64,000 nt of DNA from Paragordius varius. Taxonomy: Eukaryota; Animalia; Nematomorpha. The stretch's first letter is position 1; each line of letters begins with the position of its first letter. Of the stretch, positions 26,965 to 40,018 are shown piece by piece. The notes below the pieces were generated by a model, which was not told where the DNA came from, did not search any database, and saw nothing but the letters and a program-made list of their open reading frames with translations. A program made the position numbers and the translations under genes. The stretch is from positions 2,914,001 to 2,978,000 of the forward strand of contig OZ176056.1 in assembly GCA_964247055.1 (NCBI GenBank), given 5' to 3'.

Positions 26965-27603
26965 GTAAATTAAATTTTTATGATATATTTGATCGGGTAA
27001 CTGATTCCTATGCTATTTTATCTAATAAGTTAATTTTTGAATGTATCATAATAATAAAAAAGTTGAAATAATTTGACCATTTTATGGCTACATTCCTAAA
27101 AAAATATTCATAAGGAAATAATCCAAATAATTGTTGTAAATTAAAAGTTTAAATATGATCCCTTTTACGACTACCCCTGTCGCCTATTCATTATACTAAA
27201 TTTGGTTGTTAGCGAAATTTTCGGGATGAGTTGGCCTAATTTCAAGCAAATGAAAAAAATCAAGCCAATTTTTATCCATTAATACAATTTAGAGAAATTC
27301 GACAACTTGTTTGGAATCGAATTACTGCAGCTTTTACAACATATTCTTTAATAGCGTTAAATTCTCATTATATTGATAATATATATTACAATGTCAATTT
27401 TTTTATCAAATAATCTTGATATAAAATTTAAAATTAATCCAAAACTCAAATGTCTTTAATAGGCAACAAAATAATTATTATTTAATCTTTTTGGTTCTAT
27501 ATATTTTTTTGAAAAAATGGGCTAGGAATAATTTGTAATATCTAACATTAACTCAATATAATATAAACCATGTTATAAAAGCATGAGTCAAAACGGTTTA
27601 AAG

Positions 27604-29111
27604 CAAGAGTGTCCAACACATGGCCCTCCGAATGCGACCCTTCTAGACATTTTGTGCAACCACAAATTTGAAATAAGACTTTAAATAATTCGCAAAAATA
27701 GTGCTTTTTATGAAATAAATTTAGGAAGAATGATATTGTTAAATTATCTGCCACGGATGTGGTTAACTATATCCACAACCGTTTTAATTACTAAATTGAA
27801 TTTATCTTTGACACGCGAAACGAAGTTTTGCTGATGAATAAAGCAGTGAAAGGATAAAATATTTTGCAAATTATTTTGGTTCAAAAGAGGAATAAATATT
27901 TTATTTATTTCAATCATAGAGGGATAGCCATCTGTGCAGATCAAAACCAATTTTTCATAGAAATACCATTATTATCGAAAAAAGTGTTAATTATTTCGAG
28001 AAAATTACTTCCTTTCGTGGTATTATTCATTGGTAAAAATTTTAAATATTTATCGTTGATTATGTTGTCGTTGCAAAATCTTACGAAGAGCGTACATTGA
28101 GGTGTTGTACCAATATCAATGCTAAAATCAATAGCATTATTAAATTTGCAGTTTTTCAGAGCCAATAATGTATTTGACATATCTTCAATGCGTCGAGCAC
28201 ATGTTGCAGAAAGTTGAATTTTTTTAATATGCCTCATGATTTGATTTTTATATAGAATTTATCAAATGAAAAAGTGCAACCATTTATTAGACATTCTTTT
28301 AGTTGGGAATCAGTAAACGGTTTCATATTTTTTCCTAAAATATAACAAATTTCATACGAAGCTAATTATACAACTTTTTCCTGGGAGAAAGCTATGGACA
28401 TAATAGATTTTCTTTTCTGGTATAATTCCTTAATCTTTTTATATTTTTCGTTTTTCCTCTTGATTTTCTGGTAATTTATGAGAAAAATGGATTGTAAAAT
28501 TCTTTCAATATTGTATTTTTTTATAATTATGTTGTCCTTACATATAAGGCAGGTAACAACATTTTTATTTTAAACGACAAAGAATTTTTCTTCCCATTCT
28601 TTTTTGAAGGGCGATTTTTATCGAATAATTTACGTTTTTTAGCATTAGATGTCATCCTTTGAATTTATGTTTAAATATGATGTAAATTTTTTCAAAAAAT
28701 AGAAATATAATTTGAACTACACTATAAAAAACAAATTGAAATTTAATGATGTTTATTAAAAATATTTTATGGGAGTTATAAAAAATGAGGCAGGATAGCT
28801 ATGAAAAGATGTTTTGGGTGAAAGACTTGCTTAAATACAAAAAAGGAAAGCATTAAAAATTTCAAATAGAAAAGAAAATATACAGAAACAATGTGTGCCA
28901 AATTTTTGAAATTATTTAAATGTAGGGAAATTTTTCTACATTTCAAATTGGGTAAAAAATAAAAACTACCAAAAGAAAATAAATTAAAATTAAAATAATC
29001 GAAAATTCGTTTATGGATTAGAAAAATAATGTAATCAATATGGTCATAGGACAATTTTAAAGCACTCTTAGGGCCGCATGCGGCCCGCAGGCCGCGGTTT
29101 GAGGATCACTG
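27604..29111 (-). mobile_element. Degenerate hAT Buster/SPIN-type transposon
   Basis: Minus-strand remnants CTDGYPSM, FHCFIHQQ, VVDIVNHIR, CARRIEDMS and TCLIC. The end gggccgcatgcggcccgcaggccgcggtttgag...ctg is typical of this group. Boundaries are approximate. Confidence 0.8.
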
Positions 29112-30668
29112 TCTTAAGATTTTCATCATGTATCAAAAAATAAACATATTGCTATAAATTTGCATTCATTGTAAATTTTAGAATGGAAAAAATTAGGACT
29201 TTCAAACCACTAAAATTTTAATTTTTATAAAAATATTGTTTGGATTGTTATATGTAATAATATATCTTGATATTTTTGGAATGAAGCATTTTTTCGCCAA
29301 AAATTTTATTTATCATGTGTGCAAATTTCCCCCATTTTATAAAGGTTTTACCACAAAATTGATGATTTAATCACATGCAATTAAAACCAAAAGCACCATG
29401 ATAATATTGATCTATTTTCCTTTCTTAATGTATCTTTTAACAGGATATTTTTGTAACCTAGGAATTTTATTTTGTGCAAAACTAATGTAATTATTTTGTA
29501 CCAAAAAAAAATTAAATGGCCTATTTAATTATACAGAAGAACCTGTGAGCGGATCTGGAATTTTTCCAGTAAATAAAGATATGGCTATTATTCAATTCTT
29601 TTATTATTATTTAATAAACTATTTTTATATTCCCGTTACTTCAAGGCGGTTTTCAGAGCTAAAAATTATATATAGAATTTTTTCAACTATAAAAGCGGCA
29701 TCACTTATAATAAAATTTTAAATTATCAAATTTTTTTTAAACCTACGCTATGACGCAAGGTTAAATTAGGATTAAAAATTGAAAGTTTTTCTTATAAAAT
29801 CATGTTTTTAGTTTCCTTTAAACATACTCTGTGGCTGGGGTCGGCACGGTCCAATGTAAGCCCTTGCGCGGACAAATAATCTATAAAATTTTAAAATAAA
29901 AATTTAGAGCCTTCATTTGCTATTATTTATTTTCTATCGTCATACTAACTTGTAAAAATAAAACAGTTTTTAAAAAATAAGTCATCATCGGACTTTCACT
30001 TAATATAAGAATTTAAAGCCAAACAGTTATCAGAAAATTTGTTTAATTATGTTTATATATATATTATATATATATATATATACATATATATAGATCTAGT
30101 ACCTTCTAGCGGTGATGTTTCTTCCAGATCAATCGACGGTATTATAAATTAAATTAACATATAAACTGAATATATCTCTTCTTAATCTTTTAATTGGTTT
30201 TCAATGCCAGACCAATTTTTTTTATTTAATAACCGGTGGTATTGTATTAAAATTAAAACACGTGTATTTCAATTTTTTGAAAAAAAATGATTATATATGA
30301 AAATAATTATTTTACACATATAGAACATGTTTGATTTTACTTGAAAATTTATAGGAATTAAGATAACTTATTTGTAAAATATAAAAATACATCAATTATA
30401 TTTTTCCTTATCAGAAAAAAATTAAATTGTGAAAAAATTTTTAAACTGCAATTATCGCCTTTTAAAATTTTTTTCCGCATATTTTTCAAAATGACTAATA
30501 TTTAATTCTAACTATAATTTATGATAAAAATTTGATCCCTTAAATCAAATTAAAATAAGCACTCAGTTTCAGAAGCATAAATTAATATAATTCAATTCTA
30601 CACCTAAATATTAAGTTTTATCAAACAATTATATCAGGTCCTGAACTAAAACGTTTCCCATTAAGATG

Positions 30669-31392
30669 TAATCTATATTTTTATAAAAATGGAAAAGGCT
30701 GGCTTTGTGATCTGGTACAGGAAAACCAGTAAACTAAATATCCAAATATCGAAAAAATATAATCATTAATAAATGTCCCGACAATAGCTTCGCCCTTTTT
30801 TTGAAATAGGCCCCCAGTTCGGGCCCACCCCGTATGAAAAACGGGTTTTTTTTAAAAACAGAAGTCCACAAAATCGTGTTTTTGAGACAATTTTCCGGAG
30901 AACGTGTTGGACCATTCAATTTCAAATATGATTTTTGTTTACTTATTTTCGATTGCGCTGAACATAGTCGAGTCACTTTTTTGATTTAGGCCCTCTTTTT
31001 ACCCGCTCCCCCCGTAAAATGCCATTTTTTTCAAAAAACAAAGTCCACAAAAATAATTTTTTAAATCGATTTTTCGCCCTAGGTATGAGACCGTAAAAAT
31101 TCAATAAAGATTCCACGTATTCCCTGTTAAAAGGCAAAATTTTTAGTCCACCGTTTATTTGATGATAGCTGCTGAGTAAGGAGTACCTATCATATGTATA
31201 GCATGTTAAAAGATATATGGATATTAATACATTATTTATGGTAATCTATATATTTATAAAAATGGAAAATGCTGGCTTTGTGATCTACAGGAAAAACGGT
31301 AGACCCATTCAAATCCAAACTTCAAACCCCCCCTCCCCCAGAAGTCCGAAGGACTTCCTCGGGCTGCGTAGCAGCACGAGATTCACGCTAGT
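30669..31392 (-). mobile_element. Helitron/Helentron-like repeat with one internal unit of about 500 bp
   Basis: Reverse complement of the 48876-50083 family. 5' end ACTAGCGTGAATCTCGTGCTGCTACGCAGCCCGAG, 3' end ...TATAGATTA. Confidence 0.6.
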
Positions 31393-32139
31393 ATAAAATA
31401 AAAATAACCACATTTTTCCCTAATAGCATAATTGAATTCCGCGTATAAACCGTAAATCTATTTTTACAATTGCATCATGTTATAATAAAAAGACATTAGG
31501 TTTAATGCATATTTTTTTAATATACTAACAAAAATTTTATATTTTTAATTAAACAGGAATTTGAGTTACTAAAACATATTTTGCTAAAATTGACGTGTTT
31601 TATATCAACTACATTCATTCAATCTGTATTTGTCTAATGGGTACTAAACGTGAAATTATCAAATAAATGGGCGGTTTCTTACCAACTTGTATTGTGAGGA
31701 TTCGACACTATAAAAATTAATTTCTTATATCGAATTGGCCGTGGGAAAATATTTTCTAATAAATGAGAAAGGCTGGTTTTATATGCATATATGTTTTTAA
31801 AACTATTTATCCAATTTACCAAAAGATTGAATTATGTTTTCAAGGTATTGCAAAATTTTTTTTTAATATATCATGACATAATTATGGCAAAAATATAGGG
31901 TGTTACAGATCCCTCAGATTAGTAAAAATATTTAATATGGTTAGTTGTCGTTTTTTATCAATCACTATCTAACCAATTTTGATAGCTATGATAGTTATAT
32001 ATGTAATATTTAAGATGCTCCATGATATACCTTTGCAAATCTGTTAAAATGTATATTAACTTAGTTCCAAATATCTTTCTTTTAAGAAACAATAATTTTT
32101 TAATGCGAATGAAAAATGACCTCTTTTGTCAAATTATAG

Positions 32140-32397
32140 ATAATATCTTTAAAGAAAAGTCAAAAAATCAGATATTAAATATTGGGGAATCTTTAAGTAT
32201 ATGGGTCGAGCTAGTGGAAAACTTTTCTAATTTTAATAAAAGTCAATGGAAATTGAATGGTAAAGAAATCACGACAGGTTATAGACAAGATTCAAAAACT
32301 TATACTTACACAAAAGACATGATCAACTTAACAGATGGAGGAAATTATACCTTTAGCATTGGTTCAAAATCAATAAATATCTCAGTGAGAATCATTG
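32140..32397 (+). CDS. Ig-like domain exon 1 (cysteine-free)
   Basis: Acceptor ttatag, donor gtaaat, 258 nt, phase 1-1. Contains QILNIGESLSI, WKLNGKEI and DGGNYTF, consistent with an I-set-like Ig pattern. Confidence 0.8.
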
Positions 32398-32482
32398 GTA
32401 AATAATGTTAATATATATTAAGTTGTAGTTTTTGATATATAAATATATATTTTTTATAATAAGATACATTTTTTTTATTTAG

Positions 32483-32701
32483 AACCAGTACCAATTACTT
32501 ATGGCAATAATCAAGTTAAAATTAATTTTTCTCGAGTCATACAAAAAAATCAATTGTACAATGTTACTACATATCAAGACTATTATATAAATCATACCAC
32601 AAAGAGTTTCTCAGAACTAAGCCCTTACATACATCATTTACCATTTGACACTATATGCATTTCAAATTTGATAGAAGAATACTGTTTTGATGTATATCCA
32701 G
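32483..32701 (+). CDS. FN3-like module exon B (EPVPITYGNNQVKINFSRVIQKNQLYNVTTY...ICISNLIEEYCFDVYP)
   Basis: Acceptor ttttatttag, 219 nt open, phase 1-1. Clearly paralogous to exon 43244-43489. Not in the ORF track because it lacks a start codon. The FN3 fold assignment is tentative. Confidence 0.75.
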
Positions 32702-33274
32702 GTTATATAATTTTAATTTAATAATATATATACAGCGTCCTAAAAATTTATTGATGAAAAATTTATATTCTGATTTGGAAAATTTAGAATAGAGTGATAT
32801 TTTTCATTCTGGTTTTAAAGAGTGATATAAGGAAGTTTTTGGTCAATGCTAAATGCCTTATGCCAAAAAATACTAAAATATGTCAAAAACAGATGAAAGC
32901 AAAACAAAAATTTTAAAAATTATTTGTGGGCTCCACCAAATTTTTTCGCTATTCTAAAATGGGCTACTATTAAAATAAATACAAAAATGCTGAGATTGCG
33001 AGATAAAATGATAATATGCTAAAAATTTAAAAAAAAATAAAAAATTATTTTTCAAAGAAATTAGATATTTTTGATAATATCTTAAGCTTTTATAATGTTC
33101 CCTATCAAAAAATAATTTTGCTAGAAATTGAATTTTTAACCAGCGCCATCACTTATAATAAAATTTTATATCAAAATTTTTAAACCTACACTATGACGAA
33201 ACATATTATTTGGAACAATTTACAAAATATAAAAAATTAATTAATACTTTAAGAGGTTAATTTATTTCATGTAG

Positions 33275-33526
33275 AAAATTATAAAGTCTCTAATTTGAAA
33301 TATGAATATCTACCTGATTTGGATATAAAATTGATTTGGTCAACTTACAGCCCAAAAGTGAAAATATATGATGGATATAATTGTGAGAATTTTATAAACG
33401 AAACATCCGAGCACGCATACATTATAAAATACGCAACTATTAGCAAGAAAAATCAAACTTATTGTTTACAAACTGTGAATCAAAGCGAAAATTTGTTTGA
33501 AAGGATAGCCGTAACAATACCAACAA
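33275..33526 (+). CDS. FN3-like module exon C
   Basis: 252 nt, phase 1-1, donor gtatta. Contains VSNLKY..IKLIW and IYDGYNCENFINETS. Paralogous to 46708-46947. Confidence 0.75.
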
Positions 33527-33766
33527 GTATTATTTAGTTATAATTGTGAGACAATTAAAAGATGTAAAAAATAGATTTTATATTACCATAAAACTTGTTT
33601 TGCAAACTTCCGTCAAATTAGGATTAAAAATTCAAATTTTTTCTTATAAAATCATGTTTTTAGCTTTTAAACATATTCTGCGGCTGGGGTCGGCACGGTC
33701 CAATGTAAGCCCTTACGCGGACAATATCTATAAAAATTTAAAAAAAAAGTTAAGAGCCTTCATATA

Positions 33767-36700
33767 TGTTATGTATAATAACTTAATTGTTTTTGTTAAC
33801 TTAACTCAATTGATCTTATTTTAGTTACCTTATGAAAATATAATATCCTTACCTTTGTGCATAATACACCTTTGTACTTGTTACGCTAAAAATGTATATT
33901 ATCTTGGTTGTGAATGCTTTTACCTAAATACTGTAATATTGAGCCTTATGCAAATATATAACTTGTGAATGCTTTCATCTAAATATTGAAATATTTAACC
34001 TTATGCAAAAATGCAACCTCGCTCTTAAACTATATATAATGGAACATAGTTTTTTATGATATAAAATAAATTCCTTTTTTTTCGCTTATTACATTTGGCG
34101 CGGTCGATTTTTTATTGTATTACGTTGTATTCATTATTATGGAAAAAATAAGTATTGAAAGTTATAAAATCAATAATAATTTTACGGAATATATTAAATA
34201 TTTACGAAGAAATTTAGTAATTAAAGGAATACAGGATAATAATGAAAATATTAAAGCCATCTTTCTTGCCCAATCCGGTATTGATAACATTTCTAAAATG
34301 GAACAATTCTTTTACCCCGTTAATATTGAAAACATATCTTGGGAGGAGATTTATGAAGCTGGGGTGAATATTTCAGCCAATCAAAAATACTTTTTTATCC
34401 CGATTCGATTTTTTTAGAGCGGAACGATTAGCGGGTGAAGGATTCTTGGAATTTTTTATAAGACTCAAAAATATGGCCGCTGCATGCGAATTCAAAGGAA
34501 ACGTTGACGAATTAATACGGGACGTGTTTATATGTGGGTTTAACGAGAAAAAACTAGAGACTGAACTGCTGAACAGGTACCCAAAGGCATTAGACAACGA
34601 CATACCAGTGGGATTAAATAAGGTTCTAAATTTGGCATTAGCGTATGAAAATTATCACCTTGAAGTGAACTCAGTGAGAGCAATATATAATAATAAAAGT
34701 ATTAATAATGGTAATAATAATGGTAATACTAATGGTAATAATAATGAAACTTTTAATGATGGTAATATTAATAATAATGAAATATATATGGTAAGACGCA
34801 AACCTGTCGTAAAATCGTGTTTTAAATGCGGTCGCGCCCACAAATACGGATGCTGCCCAGCGTTTGGGAAGGTATGTTTCAAATGTCAGGGTAGAAATCA
34901 TTTCGGAAGCCAATGCCAAAACAAATATGCTGGCAATAACAGGTATGTGAATAATATCGTAAATAAACCTAAAATAAATGTAAAAATAAACTCAACCCAC
35001 GTCGAAATGTTATTCGACACGGGGGCGGACATATCTTTAATAAATTTTAGCACGTGGGTTAAAATAGGAAAGCCTAAAATAAAACCCATTTATTTTAACA
35101 TAAACACTTATGATAATAATCCTTTAAACATAATAGGAGAGACAACTGTAACTCTTGAATTAATAAAATAAAAAAGATAACAAAATGCTTTATAACGAAG
35201 AGACATCTTCCTCTAATATTTGGCATGGATTGGATCCAGCTATTCAATATCTCATTGCCTAACGAATTATATATTAATAAATTATATCACACAAATGATA
35301 TTTACAAAAATTTAAGTCTTTATTTGATAACAAATTGGGTTGTTGGAAAGGGGAACCCATAAAGATATTTTTAGAAAACAATAGTAGGGGACGGGTATTT
35401 CCGGCTAGAAGGGTTCCCTTGGCCTTACAAGAGAAATTAAGTGAAGAGATTAAAAGGCTAGTATCCTTAAAAATTATTGAACCAGTAGACCCCAAGCAGT
35501 TTAAAATTTGTTGGTCCAGTCCTATAGTAAACGTATTAAAGTCAAATAATGAATTAAGAATATGCGCAGATTTTAAAGTGTCCATAAACAAATACATTAA
35601 AACACCTCAATATATAATACTCACATTTGATGATTTGATTTCCAAAATTTCACATGGTAAGACGTTTTCAACATTAGATTAAAAAGATGCTTATCTTCAG
35701 ATTCCAGTGCATCCGGAATTTCAAAATCTTCTCACAATATCCACATCTCTTGGGTTTTTTAAATATACTAGGCTCCCTTTTGGTCTGTCGTGCGCACCTA
35801 GTTTTTTCCAACAAATCATGGATGAGCTATTAGGAGATTGTAAGGGAACAGCGGTCTATTTAGTGTAATTGTTACGGGGGAAACGGATGAGGAGCATTAT
35901 AGAAACCTAACACAAGTATTTGAAAGATTAGAACGAATGGGTCTTAAATTAAAAAAAGATAAAATAATGCTTTTTCAAAAGGAAGTAGAATATTTGGGGT
36001 TTACTATATCAGAAAAAAGTATAAAACCAGCGAGCAGTAAGATTAAAGCCATTCGCAAGTGTCCAGCCCCTAAACATAAAACAAGTCTTCGTTCGTTTTT
36101 GGGCCTTTTAAACTTTCATTCACGATTTATACCTTCTCTAAATACAATTGTTAACGAACTCCATCAGCTACTGGTTCCAAAAAAAATGGTGTTGGACCGA
36201 GGTACACCAAAATATTTTTGAACGAAGTTATTAATAGGGCATAACAGCCGCCTCTTCCCTTTTAACCCCAGACTTCCCCTTATTCTAGAAACGGATGCAT
36301 CTGGGGAGGGGTTTGGGGCCATTTTGTCGCATAGAACGTCGGAAGGTAAACGACCCATTGCATATTTTTCAAAATGTTCCCCGGCAGAGAAAAATTATTC
36401 GGTTATAGAAAAAGAGGCAAAAGCCATTGTATTGGCCCTAGAGATATTTAAACATTTTTATATGGTAGAAAATTTGAGATTAGAACAGATCATAAACCTC
36501 TTATCAAATTATTCGGGCAGCAACGTGTATTAAGCGAGCTAAACAATAGTAAATTACTAAGATGGATTTCAAAAACATCCATTTTCGACTTCAACATAAT
36601 GTACTACCCAGGAACCGAAAATCTAGCAGATTCACTATCAAGACTACCAACTGAGATAACTGAAGAGTGTGACAATGACGAGGATATAGCGCAGGAGGTC

Positions 36701-38340
36701 CGGTTGCAATGGTGTCAGGAGTTAAACTTAAACAAGGAGAGGGTGCATAAGGAAACTATGAGCGATGAGACGTGTAAACAGATTAAAGCAGCACGAAAGA
36801 CTAATGATTGGTCTCATCCGGGGGTGCAGTCCTATAAACCACTGAGGAATGATATCGAAGAATCATACGGCCTTCTATATTTAGGTGACCGCCTTATTGT
36901 GCCTCAAAGCATGAGGGTTGATGTTCTTAACTATCTTCATAAAGGTCACCCAGGTATACAGTCCATGAAAGCGTTAGGTAAGAGTGGTGTGTTTTGGCCG
37001 AAATTGAACCAGGATATCGAAAAATGGGTGCAAGGCTGCTCAAATTGTCAAAAGTCACGGTTTAACATTGCAGTAAGCCCGACGTATAAATGGAATCCGA
37101 ACACCACCGTTTGGGAGCGATTGCATCTCGATATAGCGGGGCCCGTAGATAACCTTTCTGGGTCATACTTATAGATCACTGCACCCATTAGGTGGAAGTA
37201 GCACAGCTTAAAACAGTGAACTCGATCAGTATTTTGAAAGTTTTAGAAGCTTGGTTTGCACGATATGGCACCCCAGATGTGATCGTAACTGATAATGCGT
37301 CGTATTTTAAGTCCGGTGATTTTGAAAGAATATTAAGTTCCTCTAATATCAAGCATGTAACCTCTGCGCCATACCACCCTCGGACAAATGGTTTAGTGGA
37401 AAGTGTCATTCAAACATTGAAAACGCACTATTATATGTGTTCTGAAGTAGCAGATCCAGAACGCCGGTTAAACCAGGTACTGTGGGCTTACAGATCAGCA
37501 CATCACAATGGTATAAATGAGACACCCGTACGACTATTCCTAAAACGAAATATACCGACACCGCTGTCCTGGATGAAAGGCAAACCAAAGGATTATATCG
37601 ATGGTACCTCAGATAATAGTGAGTTCGTTCCAGGTGAGAAAGTGTTTATAAAAAATGAGTTGGAAGCCGGTTGGCGAGAGGGAAAAATTGTAGAGCGGAC
37701 TGGATTATTGTCCTACAATATCGAAGATAGAGGGAGGGTTTTACGAAAGCATACGGATCAATTAAGAAGGCGAAAAGAGGTCCCGATGAACTTAAGCTAG
37801 ACGACCCGAAAGAATTAGAATCGGAACAACAGAATAATAATGATAATATTATAGCCACCCCATTGCATGGTCCTCCTATTGATGACAATATTAATAATGA
37901 TGATACCAATCCTTCCCCGGATATTTGTCAAGATTTCCACAATAATCAGCAAAGTCCCAACGGCGATAAGATTGCAGAACCCCCAAGCCTCGAAGTACCA
38001 GTGGAGAGACGCTATCCTACCAGTAGCCGAAAAGCCCCTGACAGATACACAAATCACTTTTAAATTAGATAGGAGATATGTTATGTATAATAACTTAATT
38101 GTTTTTGTTAACTTAACTCAATTGATCTTATTTTAGTTACCTTATGAAAATATAATATCCTTACCTTTGTGCATAATACACCTTTGTATACGCTAAAAAT
38201 GTATATTATCTTGGTTGTGAATGCTTTCATCTAAATATTGAAATATTTAACCTTATGCAAAAATAAAACCTCGCTCTTAAACTATATATAATGGAACATA
38301 GTTTTTTATGATATAAAATTCCTTTTTTTCGCTTATTACA
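33767..38340 (+). mobile_element. Full-length but defective Ty3/Gypsy LTR retrotransposon inside an intron of the Ig/FN3 gene
   Basis: 5' LTR 33767-34093 and 3' LTR 38079-38340 (TG...CA). TSD ATATA on both sides. PBS tttggcgcggtcg at 34094-34106 and a purine tract before 38079. Domain order is gag-PR-RT-RH-IN. Confidence 0.96.
34139..37800 (+). pseudogene. Gypsy gag-pol with frameshifts and stops
   Basis: Zinc knuckles CFKCGRAH..C and CFKCQGRNHFGSQC, protease LFDTGADIS, RT WSSPIV..K..RICADF, RNase H LETDAS, and integrase HKGHPG..C..C, LHLDIAGP, VTDNAS, NGLVE. The YLDD codons at about 35857-35866 are damaged by a small deletion. Confidence 0.92.
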
Positions 38341-38572
38341 ATATACTATTATTAATTTTCTATAGTCATACTAACTTGTAGAAATAAAACAGTTGTTAAA
38401 ACATAAGTCATCGTTGTACTTTCAATTAATATAGAATTTAAAGAAAAACAGTTATCAGAAAATTTGTTTAATTATGTTTATTTAAACGTCATGTTCCCAA
38501 AATTACCTAGCTTAAAAAAAGTATATACATTATATATAATATATCGTATTTAATTGCAAATTTCTACAACAG

Positions 38573-38824
38573 ATATATTTTTACCAACACCCAAAAAAAT
38601 TGTTGTGAATGTTGGGCAAAAGTTAGAACTTTTTGTCAGACTAGCAATCAAAATTCAAAATTGCACAGGAATCTGGCAAATAAATGGAACCGAAATTAAA
38701 GATGGTTTTACGAAAAAATGGAATTCGTACACATATGTAAGAGCGAATGTTAGCAAAAATGATACTGGAACATACACATTTGTGGTTGGACCCAAATCAA
38801 TAAGCATTAATGTGAAAGTTATAG
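38573..38824 (+). CDS. Ig-like domain exon 2 (lacks both canonical cysteines)
   Basis: Acceptor tttctacaacag, donor gtaaat, 252 nt, phase 1-1. Contains VVNVGQKLEL, WQINGTEI and DTGTYTF. Paralogous to 32140-32397. Confidence 0.8.
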
Positions 38825-38888
38825 GTAAATCTATTTTATAATAATCTATATATTTTTTTATAATTTTAATATACTATAATAATTCCAA

Positions 38889-39092
38889 TATCATTTACAT
38901 TTCAAATTCACCCTTGAACAATTCGAATTTAGTTTTTCAAAAAAATATTAACTATATTTTATATTTCATATAATTAAATATTTTTTATAATTGAAATATG
39001 AAAATAAAACCTAAGTTATAAAAATATAATTAATGATTAATATTAGCCTGAAAACACATGTTTTTTAGGGTGAATATGATTTGTAAATGGTA
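38889..39092. mobile_element. Short MITE related to the 50335-51006 foldback element
   Basis: Left end ta-tcatttacatttcaaattcacccttgaacaattc and right end gggtgaa...tgtaaatggta share the terminal (T)ACCATTTACA motif. Another probable relative lies at about 47221-48190. Confidence 0.5.
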
Positions 39093-39360
39093 TATATTCT
39101 AATAAAAAATCTATCTGGATACTATAATGGCTGAGGTATATAATCTTAGGAGTTATTTAATAAAATAACTTTCGTAGGTAAATATATTCGGAAAGGGAAA
39201 TGCCTGAAAATTATCATGATAACAGTGACAAAAATGCTGTTTACAATTATGCTTCATAATCAAATATATCACTAAAATATATCTATTACATATTTAAAAA
39301 TAATACTTAAAATTTTTTTAAAAGTTTTTATTTTTTCGCTAAATAGTGTAGTTCTCTTAA

Positions 39361-40018
39361 CACTTGGATACAACACATTCATTTTGGTCCTTCGATTCAA
39401 ATTGGGGTAGTTGAACCATGCCTGTTAAAAATTAAATAATATAACACTTCTATTCAAATTGGGGTATCTAAATACCCCAGACTAAATTTAAATTAGGATT
39501 TTAAAAAACTATTGAAGGAAACGGTCCCAATTTAAATTTATGCATCTATCCTTATAAAAATTACATAAATATGCCAAAATATGTAAATAAAATTTTTTTT
39601 TGAATAAAAAGTTCCATCTCAAACTCCTTCGACGCCATTTTTATTTTAAATTTTTTTGCAAAATATCGTCTTCTAATAATTTTAGGGTAAATTTAAAGCT
39701 AATATCTTATTTAAATTACATATAAAATTGATAAAAATAGAAAAAGCCGTTTATTTTGTAATATTTTTCAATTTTATCATTGAACAGATGTCAGGTTGAC
39801 TAAATTTTTACCTCTCGCTTTTAAAATAAGTAATATCAAGTATTTTTGAATAAAACTTTTGATATATTTTGGTTTATTAATGTTATATAAGTGCAAAATT
39901 TTGCAATGGTTTCGATTCTTTCCATATTTTTTAAATAATTTAATTTTAAACAGGCCTTGGGTATTTATTTACCCCAATTTGAATCGAAGGACTAAAATGA
40001 ATGTGTTGTATCCAAGTG
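39361..40018. mobile_element. TTAA-flanked MITE (piggyBac-like target site)
   Basis: TIR of about 49 bp, CACTTGGATACAACACATTCATTTT(G/A)GTCCTTCGATTCAAATTGGGGTA, at both ends with TTAA on each side. Solo ends of the same family lie at about 11848, 23705-23758 and 26365-26418. Confidence 0.85.

Larger units (their letters stand above)
22296..27391 (+). repeat. Local tandem duplication of about 2.45 kb (22296-24748 and 24904-27391; offset 2608 nt at the left edge)
   Basis: Near-identical copies start at atcatttgattccaacgttag. Each contains the Gypsy tail, an LTR (second one 25451-25708), the hAT end, a TTAA-MITE end and the signal-peptide exon. A short unique spacer separates them. Confidence 0.96.
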
